Assembly (NCBI GenBank): GCA_028718745.1
Contig: JAQULF010000002.1
Location: 11,628 to 75,627 of the forward strand
DNA from: Patescibacteria group bacterium
GTDB taxonomy: Bacteria > Patescibacteriota > JACPGU01
Length of the DNA: 64,000 nucleotides
Direction: 5' to 3'
Below the pieces are notes generated by a model. It did not search any database. It saw only the letters and a list, made by a program, of their open reading frames with translations, and was not told the origin of the DNA. Made by a program: the position numbers and the translations under genes. Below are positions 55,364-64,000 of the stretch, in pieces (position 1 is the stretch's first letter; each line of letters starts with the position of its first letter).

Positions 55364-56809
55364 TTATTTATAATCTGGTGTGATTTTTACTAAAGCAATT
55401 TTTAATCTTCCTAAAGATTCTTGCGGACCAAAAACCCAAAGCAATTCCGCAGGAGAAGGACTCGCCATTTCTCCGGAAAGCGCAACACGCACCGGCCAAA
55501 AAACATCTCCATTTTTCAAACCGTTAATCGTTACAATCTGCGACAAAAATAAATTTAATTCTTCGACGCTTTCCCATTTTTCAGAATCCAGCATCTCAAG
55601 ACTCTCAATCGCTTTTTGTAATCCCGTAATCGTATCTCGCCAATCGCTTTTAACAAATCTGATCATATCTTTGTCTGGATCAACTGTATAGAAAAAACAA
55701 TGGGAAAGCGAGTCAAAATCAGCGAGCAATACCATTCTCTCTTTAACTACCCTAATAATCTTTTGTAAAAACAAATTATCAAATTTGGAAAAATCAATTT
55801 GAGTAAATGATTTTATTTTTTCTAACAACTCACCCTCTTCTATTTGATGAATATAGTGGGCGTTAAAATGATTCAATTTTTCGATATCAAAAAATGCTGG
55901 GGCCTTATTAACCTTAGAAACATCAAATTCTTTTTCTAGTTCCACCAAAGAAAAAAATTCTTGTTCTGTGCCGGGATTCCAACCAAGCAGCGCGACGAAA
56001 TTAATAATCGCTTCTGGCAAATATCCTTGTTCTTTGAATGCGTCCACTGAAACCGAGCCCTCTCGTTTACTTAGTTTCTTTTTATCCTTTCCAATTATTA
56101 CAGGTAAGTGCGCAAAGACTGGCGGCTGCCAACCAAAACATTGATAGAGGTAAAGATGCTTTGGGACAGAAGAAAGCCACTCGTCACCGCGTATAACATG
56201 GGTTATTCCTTTTTCTTCGTCATCAACAATTGATGCTAGATGATAGGTAGGAAAACCATCTGCCTTTATCAGTACTTGATCATCTATTAACGAATAATCA
56301 AACTCAATTTCTCCGCGAATCATGTCATTAAATGAAACTTTTCCGCTCTCAGGCATTTTGAGGCGAATAACATGAGATTCTCCTTTTGCAACTCGCGCCA
56401 ATGTTTCGTCTAACGGCAACTTTCTACAACAGCGATCATATCCGGTTGGTTGATGGCTCAATTCCTGTGTTTTTCTTAGATCTTCCAATCTCTTTTCAGA
56501 ACAAAAACAGGGATAAGCAAAACCTTTGGCTATCAGTTCATCTGCATATTTTTTATATAATAAAATTCGCGATGATTGATACATCGGTTCCCCGCTCCAA
56601 TCCATCCCCAGCCATCTTACTAGATCCAACATTCTTAGTTCTGAACCCCCAACTAAACGAGCTCTATCTGTGTCGTCAATCCGTATTTGAAATTCTCCGC
56701 TATTTTTCTTTGCAAATAAATATGCAAACAAAGCTGTGCGAGCTCCGCCAATATGAAACTCACCGGTTGGACTGGGCGCAAAACGAGTTTTAACTTTATT
56801 GTTTGCCAT
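55364..56809 (-). CDS. gltX: Glutamyl-tRNA synthetase (bacterial type)
   Basis: 481 aa. HIGH 'SPTGEFHIGGART', KMSKS 'KLSKR', and a C-terminal anticodon-binding domain. Confidence 0.9.
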   Translation of the reverse strand: MANNKVKTRFAPSPTGEFHIGGARTALFAYLFAKKNSGEFQIRIDDTDRARLVGGSELRMLDLVRWLGMDWSGEPMYQSSRILLYKKYADELIAKGFAYPCFCSEKRLEDLRKTQELSHQPTGYDRCCRKLPLDETLARVAKGESHVIRLKMPESGKVSFNDMIRGEIEFDYSLIDDQVLIKADGFPTYHLASIVDDEEKGITHVIRGDEWLSSVPKHLYLYQCFGWQPPVFAHLPVIIGKDKKKLSKREGSVSVDAFKEQGYLPEAIINFVALLGWNPGTEQEFFSLVELEKEFDVSKVNKAPAFFDIEKLNHFNAHYIHQIEEGELLEKIKSFTQIDFSKFDNLFLQKIIRVVKERMVLLADFDSLSHCFFYTVDPDKDMIRFVKSDWRDTITGLQKAIESLEMLDSEKWESVEELNLFLSQIVTINGLKNGDVFWPVRVALSGEMASPSPAELLWVFGPQESLGRLKIALVKITPDYK

Positions 56810-56832
56810 AGATAAATTCTAACACTTTTCTG

Positions 56833-57216
56833 TTAATTATTAAAGTCTTCTATATGATTTATTGTATACCTGCCATTAAGATCATCAAAAATAACTTCTA
56901 CAACATCAATTCTTAAATTATGCTCATCGCCAATTTTGTAATAATTCAAAAAACAATCCATCGCCATATTAATTCTTTCCAGCTTTCGATAATCAACCGC
57001 TTCTTGCGGTTCGCCGAAATAATTGTTTTTGCGGGTTTTTACCTCGACAAAAATTAAGTCATTATTTTTCTTTGCGATAATATCAATCTCGCCAAACTTG
57101 CATCTATAATTTCTCTTGATAATTTTGTAACCGCGATTTACCAGATATCCGCAAGTAATGTTTTCGCCTCTATCGCCAAAGATGCGTTTTTCTGTTTTTT
57201 TATTTTTGTTTTCCAT
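56833..57216 (-). CDS. yraN: YraN-family (UPF0102) endonuclease-like protein
   Basis: 127 aa. 'GDRGENITCGYLVNRGYKII...GEIDIIAKKNNDLIFVEVKTR'. Confidence 0.8.
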   Translation of the reverse strand: MENKNKKTEKRIFGDRGENITCGYLVNRGYKIIKRNYRCKFGEIDIIAKKNNDLIFVEVKTRKNNYFGEPQEAVDYRKLERINMAMDCFLNYYKIGDEHNLRIDVVEVIFDDLNGRYTINHIEDFNN

Positions 57217-57230
57217 CTCAAATTTAAAAT

Positions 57231-57932
57231 TTAATTTTTAAAATTTAAAATCTCTCTAATCGGTTTAAACGACTTCCTATGTTCCGGACAAATTCCATGC
57301 AACTTAATCGCCTCCTGATGTTTTTTCGTCCCATATCCTTTGTGTTTCTCAAATCCATAATGACTGAATTTTCGTGAAAGTTCAATCATATATCTATCTC
57401 GGGAAACCTTGGCAATGATGGAAGCTGCGGCGATAGTTAAAATTTTGCGATCACCTTTGATAACTTTTTCTTTGGCCAATCCTAATTTTTTTATATTGAG
57501 TCCATCACTTAAAATAAAATCGGGCTTTATTTTCAATCCTCGAATGGCTCTTTTTAAGACCAGATTATTAGCTTCTGCCATGCCTAACTTGTCAATTTCA
57601 CGAGAACTAACCCAGCCTAAAGCAAAATCAATTTCCGAATCATTAGTCAAAATATCAAAAAACTTTTCTCTCTTAATCCCATCTAATTTTTTGGAATCTC
57701 TTACGCCCAGTTTTTTTAATTTTTTGAATTTGTAATCATTTCTTTCTATAATAACAGCGCACGCTGTGATCGGGCCGGCCCAAGGACCGCGACCAACTTC
57801 GTCCACCCCGCAAATAAAAGAAAAACCCTTATTGCGAAGGGTTTCCTCTCGTCGAACAAAATTAATCTTTTTAAGTTTTCTTTCTTTTTTAAAAATTTTA
57901 TTACTCGCTTTTTTCTTCATTGGTAGTTTCAA
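57231..57932 (-). CDS. rnhB: Ribonuclease HII
   Basis: 233 aa. 'GVDEVGRGPWAGPI', 'DSKKL'. Confidence 0.9.
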   Translation of the reverse strand: MKLPMKKKASNKIFKKERKLKKINFVRREETLRNKGFSFICGVDEVGRGPWAGPITACAVIIERNDYKFKKLKKLGVRDSKKLDGIKREKFFDILTNDSEIDFALGWVSSREIDKLGMAEANNLVLKRAIRGLKIKPDFILSDGLNIKKLGLAKEKVIKGDRKILTIAAASIIAKVSRDRYMIELSRKFSHYGFEKHKGYGTKKHQEAIKLHGICPEHRKSFKPIREILNFKN

Positions 57933-58569
57933 CTACTTCGGGTTCTTGTCCGCCTTGGGCGGATTCTTCGATAGGAGCTTCTTGTTCCGCAATCTCTTCT
58001 ACTTTCTGCTCTGCTACTTCATCGCTGATATCTTTTTTCTCTTCAACAATATTTTCTTCCTTGATTTCTTCTGTTTTTTCTTCAATCTTATTTTCAGACG
58101 AATCGCCGTTCGTCTCTACAGATTCTTCAACCGGAGCTGGAGCCAGATCTTCCGTAGTTTCTGCGGTTTCAATTTCCTCATCTTCTTTCAAGCCAATCTC
58201 GCCTAACATTTTTCTTTGCTTTTCTTTAATTTTTGCGGCTTTGCCGGTAAGACCTCGCAAGAAGAAAATCTTTTTCCGTCTAACCTTTGAACTTCGTAAA
58301 ACTTTTATTGATTCGATATTTGGACTGTTTAACAAAAATTTCTTTTCAACTCCTACACCTGAAGCAATCTTGCGAACTGTGATTGAAGCTGTCACACTAT
58401 TTCCACCTTCTCGAGCAATAACCATGCCTTCAAAAATCTGAACGCGAGTCTTGGCGCCTTCTCGAATTTTTTGAGAAACTTTAACAACATCCCCGGTTTT
58501 TACATCGGGAATGGATTTCTTTAACGATCTTTTGTTGACTAAATCAAGAATTGAATTCATTTTATACAA
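57901..58569 (-). CDS. rplS: 50S ribosomal protein L19 with ~100-residue acidic C-terminal extension
   Basis: 222 aa. The L19 core covers residues about 1-115 (VKVSQKIREGAKTRVQIFEGMVIAR...VRRKKIFFLRGLTGKAAKI) and is followed by an E/D-rich tail. Overlaps the rnhB start by 32 nt. Confidence 0.85.
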   Translation of the reverse strand: MYKMNSILDLVNKRSLKKSIPDVKTGDVVKVSQKIREGAKTRVQIFEGMVIAREGGNSVTASITVRKIASGVGVEKKFLLNSPNIESIKVLRSSKVRRKKIFFLRGLTGKAAKIKEKQRKMLGEIGLKEDEEIETAETTEDLAPAPVEESVETNGDSSENKIEEKTEEIKEENIVEEKKDISDEVAEQKVEEIAEQEAPIEESAQGGQEPEVVETTNEEKSE

Positions 58570-58642
58570 AATTAATAATTAGGACATTTAGCCCTCGCAT
58601 TTATAGATTTTAACACAGACCGGAGGAAATTACAATGTTTTC

Positions 58643-61600
58643 TCAATCTGTTACTTCAACCCCCACCTCATACCCCAAAATCATGATTAATTCTCTTTTC
58701 AGATCATCGCAAAAATTGATTTTGAATGATGTTAGAATTTTTCTTTGATTCCCTTCTATATCAGTTAGGCTAATTACCAAAGGATTTTTGCCTTCATATT
58801 TATATAATACTCTTTTGATGCGATTAAATTTATCGATATTAACATCGGAACCGAATGAAATGGTAATTTTTTCAGCGGGTAAAACATTATTGAGCGGCTC
58901 TGTAGGGGCGGGGTCTTCCCGCCCTGTATTCGCGGGCGCGGAACCCGCGCTCCTACTAGAATCGGAAGAATTATTATTGCCCGCGCCATTCTGATTTTTA
59001 TTCCATCCGCCATTCCATTTCTTCCCTTCTGTAGTATGCGGTTGTTTCTCGTATTCGCTAATTAACTGCGGATTAAATTCTTCATATTTATTAACCAAAA
59101 TTTTTATAGCCGCGTCTTTGGTTGAAACCTTTCCGCCAACCACAACTATTTTTCCCTCAACCCAAAAGTTGGAATTTTCCGCCAAGACTTTTGGGAAAAC
59201 CAAAAGTTCGGTTTGATTAAGAAAATCTTCAAACGAAACAAAAAGCATCGGCTCTTTATTGCGAGTTGTGATTTTTTGAATTTTGGAAATAACACCCAGC
59301 ATTTTCACATCCTTCCCTTCATCTGCTTCAGCCAGACTTCCAATTGCTCGAAAAGTAGTACCGATAAAATTTTTGTATTGAGAAAGCGGATGCGATGAAA
59401 TATAAATGCCTAGCAATTCTTTTTCCCAATCCAGTTTTTCTTTTTCGGTCGCCGGAACAGTATCAATTAAATTAATTTTATTAATTTCATTCATTTCCAC
59501 CGCATTGCCAAAGATATCAATTTGCATTGATTCTTTTTCGCGACGGATATTTTGAGCGAAAGAAAGGATATTATCAATTGAAACTAGCATTTTTTTTCTT
59601 TCACCAAATTGATCGAGCGCTCCACATTTAACTAATGATTCTAAAGACTTTTTATTTATTTCATTGGAAGCGGTCCTTTTTATAAAATCTTCCAGCGAAG
59701 CGAAACGACCGCCTCCGCCTCCTTCGGCGGATTTTCTCGCGTTTTCAATTACCTCGATCGGACCTTCACCAACATTCTTAATCGCCGAAAGAGCATAACG
59801 AATCTTTTTTTCATTTGGCACAATGGCAAAATTCATAAAACTCTCGTTAACATCCGGAGCGGCAACTTCAATTCCCATTGTCCGGCATTCGTCGATTTCT
59901 TTAGCAATGCGATCGAGATCACCTTTATCCGAAGTCATGACCGCTGCCATAAAAGCTTCGGGAAAATGAGCTTTGAGATAAGCTGTTTGATAAGCGATCA
60001 TTGCATAGCAAGCGGCATGAGATTTATTAAAACAATATTGAGAGAAAGCCTCCCAAGTTTTCCAAACATTTTCTGCAATTTCTTTTTTGATTGAATTTTT
60101 CACGCAGCCACCGATAAATTCATCTTTCATTTTTGCCAGCAAGGCTGCATTCTTTTTTCCAATCGCTTTTCTCAATGTGTCGGCCTGACCGCCGGTAAGA
60201 CCCGCCATGTCTTTTGATAGCCGGATAACTTGCTCCTGGTAAATCGTTACTCCGTAAGTATCTTTGAGCGCCGCTTCCATGCTGGGATGTTCATAAACAA
60301 TTTTTTCTTTTCCATGTTTACGGTTTATAAAGGATTCAATAAACTGCATTGGGCCGGGACGATACATGGCTACCATAGCAATAATGTCTTCAAATACGGT
60401 TGGCTTCAAATCCTTGATATGTTTTTTCATCCCGTCCGATTCCAGCTGAAATACTCCGGTAGTTTCAGCTTTCTGCAACAATTTGAAAACTCCCGCATCG
60501 TCCATTGGTAGATTATTTATATCAATTTCTTTTTCATAGACTCTGCGAATAATGCGAAGCGCATTTCCGATAATAGTTAAGTTTGCCAGTCCAAGAAAAT
60601 CCATTTTTAGAAGCCCTACATCCTCCAGATAGTTCATTGAGTATTGGGTTACGGCCGAAATGTCCCCTTTGGTAGCTTTTTGAATTGGTACATAGTCAGT
60701 CACGGGATCTTTGGATATGACTACTCCGGCCGCGTGCATAGAAGCATGTCTGGCAACGCCTTCAAGCTTTGAAGTTAAATCCAACATTTCTTTCATTTTA
60801 GAATCGGAATTATATAGGTCTTTCAATTCTTTTACGGATTTTAAGGATTCTCCCAGATCCATCCCGAAAGGAATCATTTTGGCGATTTTATCTACTTCTG
60901 TGTAAGTAACTCCCAGAACTCTGCCGACATCTCGAACGGCCATACGAGCCGCCATAGTACCAAAGGTAATTATTTGAGCCACATGATCAGCGCCGTATTT
61001 TTGAGTTACATACTCGATAACCTTGCCTCTCTTTTCATCAGCAAAATCCATATCAATATCCGGAGCGGAAATTCTGTCGGGGTTAAGAAATCTCTCAAAT
61101 AAAAGATCATAATCCAGAGGATTGAGATCGGTAATTTTTAAAACATATGAGACAATGGCGCCAGCAGCCGAACCTCTTCCCGGGCCAACCAATACTCCGT
61201 TATTTTTCGCCCAATTAATAAAATCAGCAGTTACTAAAAAATATCCGGCGTAGCCTGATTTTTTGATAACGGTTAGCTCATAATCTAATCGATCTACTTT
61301 TTGTTTATCTATCTTTTCTTCAACTTTCTTGCGCAATGATTCGTCGTCTAAGTTTCTCCAGTCAATTTTTTTCTCGGAAAATCTCTCGAGCATTCCAATA
61401 TAGCATTCTCTTTCCAAAAAGCTTTCCAGCGTATAATTTTCGGGAATTGGAAAATTTGGTAAAAATAATTTTCCCATTTTTATTTCCAAATTGCACATAT
61501 TCGCAATTTTTCGGGTATTTTCAATGGCTTCCGGAATGTATGAAAAATGTTCCCTCATTATTTCTTCGGATGGCAAAGATAAATCAGCATCGATTTCCAT

Positions 61601-62332
61601 TCTATTGGGATCGTCCATGGTCTTTCCGGTTTGCAGACAAAGCAAAACTTCTTGAGCTTTGCGATCGTCGGGATTTATGTAATGAGAATCTTTGGTCGCG
61701 ATTAAAGGTATGCCGGTTTTTTTTGAAATCTCAATTAATCCCTCATTTACTTTTTGCTGATCCGGCAGCGTTGGGTGGTGCTGCAATTCAAGATAGAAAT
61801 GATCTTGCCCAAAAATATCATTATATTCCTTAGCGATCTTTTCGGCCTGACCAAGATTTTCGGACAGCACTGCTTTGGGCACCTCCCCATGCATACAAGC
61901 GCTGCTGGCAATTAATCCTTCCGAATATCTTTTTAATAATTGCCTATCCACTCTTGGTTTATAATAGAATCCGTCCATGTGAGCGATAGAAACCAGCTTG
62001 ATAAGATTTTTGTATCCTTGTTCATTCTTTGCCAATAAAATCAGGTGATAATTTTCACTGTCAATCCCGGGGGTTTTATCCAGGTGAGATCTGGCCGCAA
62101 CATAAACCTCGCATCCAATGATTGGCTTAATTCCCTGCTTGCGTGCCGCTTTATAAAATTCAATCACACCATACATCGTACCATGATCAGTGATAGCGAT
62201 AGCATCCATTCCATATTCCTTGGCTTTATCCAAAACATCCGGAATTTTACTCAAACCGTCAAGTAGGCTATAATGAGTATGGAGATGGAGGTGGACGAAA
62301 GTAGATTTTTTTATCTCTTTTTCTTCTGACAT
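58643..62332 (-). CDS. dnaE: DNA polymerase III alpha subunit
   Basis: 1229 aa. PHP domain 'FVHLHLHTHYSLLDG', palm/fingers 'GRGSAAGAIVSY', OB-fold. The C-terminal region contains a GC-rich low-complexity insert (58890-58990). Confidence 0.95.
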   Translation of the reverse strand: MSEEKEIKKSTFVHLHLHTHYSLLDGLSKIPDVLDKAKEYGMDAIAITDHGTMYGVIEFYKAARKQGIKPIIGCEVYVAARSHLDKTPGIDSENYHLILLAKNEQGYKNLIKLVSIAHMDGFYYKPRVDRQLLKRYSEGLIASSACMHGEVPKAVLSENLGQAEKIAKEYNDIFGQDHFYLELQHHPTLPDQQKVNEGLIEISKKTGIPLIATKDSHYINPDDRKAQEVLLCLQTGKTMDDPNRMEIDADLSLPSEEIMREHFSYIPEAIENTRKIANMCNLEIKMGKLFLPNFPIPENYTLESFLERECYIGMLERFSEKKIDWRNLDDESLRKKVEEKIDKQKVDRLDYELTVIKKSGYAGYFLVTADFINWAKNNGVLVGPGRGSAAGAIVSYVLKITDLNPLDYDLLFERFLNPDRISAPDIDMDFADEKRGKVIEYVTQKYGADHVAQIITFGTMAARMAVRDVGRVLGVTYTEVDKIAKMIPFGMDLGESLKSVKELKDLYNSDSKMKEMLDLTSKLEGVARHASMHAAGVVISKDPVTDYVPIQKATKGDISAVTQYSMNYLEDVGLLKMDFLGLANLTIIGNALRIIRRVYEKEIDINNLPMDDAGVFKLLQKAETTGVFQLESDGMKKHIKDLKPTVFEDIIAMVAMYRPGPMQFIESFINRKHGKEKIVYEHPSMEAALKDTYGVTIYQEQVIRLSKDMAGLTGGQADTLRKAIGKKNAALLAKMKDEFIGGCVKNSIKKEIAENVWKTWEAFSQYCFNKSHAACYAMIAYQTAYLKAHFPEAFMAAVMTSDKGDLDRIAKEIDECRTMGIEVAAPDVNESFMNFAIVPNEKKIRYALSAIKNVGEGPIEVIENARKSAEGGGGGRFASLEDFIKRTASNEINKKSLESLVKCGALDQFGERKKMLVSIDNILSFAQNIRREKESMQIDIFGNAVEMNEINKINLIDTVPATEKEKLDWEKELLGIYISSHPLSQYKNFIGTTFRAIGSLAEADEGKDVKMLGVISKIQKITTRNKEPMLFVSFEDFLNQTELLVFPKVLAENSNFWVEGKIVVVGGKVSTKDAAIKILVNKYEEFNPQLISEYEKQPHTTEGKKWNGGWNKNQNGAGNNNSSDSSRSAGSAPANTGREDPAPTEPLNNVLPAEKITISFGSDVNIDKFNRIKRVLYKYEGKNPLVISLTDIEGNQRKILTSFKINFCDDLKRELIMILGYEVGVEVTD

Positions 62333-62456
62333 AAAATTTTACAATATTAAAAACATTTAAAATTTCTAATAAAAATCTTAATGTCTAATGATTTAAGATT
62401 TGAAAATTCGACATTTTATTAGACATTATAATTTAGAGCTTAGAAATTATCGCTCT

Positions 62457-63680
62457 ATGATTTACTCATTCATATTAGGAAAAAACACAGCTTTGTCTGT
62501 TGCTGAAATATTCTCGGTTTTAAAGAGAGGTCTTTTTGTTTTTGTTGTTTTAAGTATATCCCCAAAAGCACTAATCATCAAGCTGGATAAAAGAATTGAA
62601 AAAGCTCAAGATTTTTTGGATAAGCTTGGCGGAACCATAAAAATCGCCGAGGTTTTCACACAATCTACTGAACAAGACACTATAGGGCCAATCTTGGGCT
62701 ATATAGAAAGTAGAGTTCAAGATTCAAAATTCGTCTTTGGAGTATCTCTTTATGGTTTAAAAAATAATAATTTTGGATTTGATATAAAGAAGGAATTAAA
62801 AAAGGTTGGTATTAATTCCCGATTTGTCCGAGGAAAAGAGGACTCGCTTTCTGCCCCAGAAATAAAAAATAATAAGATTTTGGAAAAAGGAGCTGATTTT
62901 GTTTTAATTCGAAATGAAAACGAAATTCTCATAGGAAAAACTGTGGCCATCCAAGATTACGAATCCTATTCTTATCGCGATTATGGCCGCCCTCGTCGAA
63001 ATGCCAAAAGTGGCATGCTCCCCCCAAAAGTCGCCCAAATAATGTTGAATTTGATTCCCCTAAAAGCTAACGAAGCTAAAAGCCATAAGCTAATTTACGA
63101 TCCTTTTTGTGGCAATGGCACTATTTTGCAAGAAGTACTACTTATGGGACACAAGGTAATTGGTTCTGATATTTCAGAAGGAAGAGTTTATGATACCCGA
63201 AAAAACCTTAAATGGTTAAAAAATAAATATAATCTGGACATTGAACCGGAAAAAATGGTTTTTCAAGCTGACGCCCTGAACCTGACCAAAAAAGATTTAA
63301 CGATCGAACCCGATGCTATTGTTTCCGAAGTCTATCTGGGTCCACCCCTGACAGAAAGAGCGACTGAAAAAGAGATATTAAATATAATTACTGAATTAGA
63401 AGGAGAATACAAACAATTCTTACAAAACACTTACAACTTACTACCTACTACTTACTACATGGTTCTCGCTTTGCCCTTCTATAATCTAAAGAGTAAGGCC
63501 CATCGCTTAAATATATTTGACGATATCCAAAAAATCGGCTATAATGTCATAGATCCTTTTGATAGTTCAAAAGTTGATTTAAGCCTGCTCCCGGAATTTG
63601 ATGCTAAAAGAAAAACAATTTTGTACTCCAGACCGGATCAGATTGTAGGAAGAGAAATAGTAATTTTAGCAAGAAATTAA
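62457..63680 (+). CDS. Class I SAM-dependent methyltransferase, putative RNA guanine-N2 MTase (Trm11/TrmN6-like)
   Basis: The track ORF starts at 62400 inside an intergenic palindrome, so the likely start is MIYSFILGKN at 62457. Motif I 'LIYDPFCGNGTIL' and 'VIGSDIS'. N-terminal THUMP-like region. Confidence 0.55.
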   Translation: MIYSFILGKNTALSVAEIFSVLKRGLFVFVVLSISPKALIIKLDKRIEKAQDFLDKLGGTIKIAEVFTQSTEQDTIGPILGYIESRVQDSKFVFGVSLYGLKNNNFGFDIKKELKKVGINSRFVRGKEDSLSAPEIKNNKILEKGADFVLIRNENEILIGKTVAIQDYESYSYRDYGRPRRNAKSGMLPPKVAQIMLNLIPLKANEAKSHKLIYDPFCGNGTILQEVLLMGHKVIGSDISEGRVYDTRKNLKWLKNKYNLDIEPEKMVFQADALNLTKKDLTIEPDAIVSEVYLGPPLTERATEKEILNIITELEGEYKQFLQNTYNLLPTTYYMVLALPFYNLKSKAHRLNIFDDIQKIGYNVIDPFDSSKVDLSLLPEFDAKRKTILYSRPDQIVGREIVILARN

Positions 63681-63802
63681 CAAACGAAAAAATTTATACC
63701 AAAATATATAATAGAATTTTTTCGTAGAGGAGAAACATTGCGAAAGCTGGAGCGAACCAATTCCTTATTGGTACGCGTAAGCTGAAGAAATGTTTGGACG
63801 AC

Positions 63803-64000
63803 ATGGCTCATAAGAAAGCTCTAGGTAGCGCTAAAAAAAATCGAGATAGTGCCGGTAGACGCCTTGGCGTTAAGGTTTATGGTGAGCAAAATGTTGGCAA
63901 GGGAGAAATAATTATCAGACAAAGAGGTACAAAACACAGAGCCGGAGCCAATGTGGCTTATGGCAAAGATTATACTATTTATTCAAAAATTGACGGCATA
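63803..64000 (+). CDS. rpmA: 50S ribosomal protein L27 (partial, runs off window end)
   Basis: [65 protein letters not shown] matches the L27 N-terminus (MAHKKGGG..RNGRDS..RLGVK..G...G.IIVRQRGTK..G.NVG.G.D.TLFA). Confidence 0.9.
   Translation, partial: MAHKKALGSAKKNRDSAGRRLGVKVYGEQNVGKGEIIIRQRGTKHRAGANVAYGKDYTIYSKIDGI

Noticed and set aside
1-64000. CRISPR arrays, rRNA genes, tmRNA, SRP RNA
   Set aside because: I scanned for regularly spaced direct repeats, the 16S/23S/5S conserved cores, the tmRNA tag ORF or CCA-terminal tRNA-Ala-like ends, and the SRP domain IV motif. None were found. The only tandem repeats are the 3 x 14-nt unit at 34584 and short taagcta/caagcta runs at ~29195.

Overview
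This window is low-GC (about one-third G+C) bacterial DNA packed with short genes, many of them on the minus strand. The compact replication, translation and cell-wall repertoire looks like a small-genome, CPR/Patescibacteria-like organism, though that is an inference. The first 13 kb is accessory. It begins with a complete type I restriction-modification (R-M) operon read on the minus strand in the order hsdM, gene X, hsdS, gene Y, gene Z, hsdR. The hsdR gene runs off the window start. The three extra genes are translationally coupled into the operon by overlapping start and stop codons. Gene Y, directly after hsdS, carries an AlbA_2/Schlafen-like 'E..LEFK / NTFGGG(A)IIIG' domain. I consider the Y-Z pair the best candidate for an undescribed defence module in this window. 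After the R-M operon comes a 3.4 kb run of seven small ORFs on the same strand: a zinc-ribbon membrane protein, a winged-HTH protein, a DUF5659-like protein and others. No integrase is visible. A minus-strand tRNA zone follows (His, Arg-UCG, Thr-CGU, Gly-CCC, Gly-UCC, Pro-UGG, Asp-GUC). It is littered with partial tRNA copies: a His 5' two-thirds fragment, a 19-nt direct repeat of the tRNA-Pro 3' end, a degenerate tRNA-Pro paralogue, and an 18-nt repeat of the tRNA-Asp 3' end. Further along there is a tRNA-Gln 3' half with a 25-nt insertion. Together these look like scars of tRNA-targeted integration. The remainder is mostly housekeeping: a GT2 processive synthase, an LCP family protein, lepB, der, infB, gyrB-gyrA (gyrA with a roughly 140-residue lysine-rich C-terminal tail), an L,D-transpeptidase, a CPA2 antiporter, a TraR/DksA protein, tRNA-Gln, queH, a DsbA-like protein, and rnpB (RNase P RNA, recognised by its P4 'GGAAAGTCCGGGC' and P1 pairing). 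A polysaccharide/glycosylation locus spans 34.5-44.6 kb: priming sugar-1-phosphate transferase, two GT4 enzymes, a Wzz-like protein with a degenerate P-loop, a GtrA flippase-like protein, a GtrB-like GT2, and a DUF2079-like multipass membrane protein. A 3 x 14-nt perfect tandem repeat sits at the 5' end of the priming transferase. The rest comprises dnaB, dnaX, a GH5-like hydrolase, tRNA-Glu, NMNAT, rsmE, a lamin-tail-domain protein, a NUDIX hydrolase, an S51 peptidase, gltX, yraN, rnhB, rplS (with a ~100-residue acidic tail), dnaE (carrying a GC-rich low-complexity insert), a class I methyltransferase, and the start of rpmA. No CRISPR array or rRNA gene was seen.
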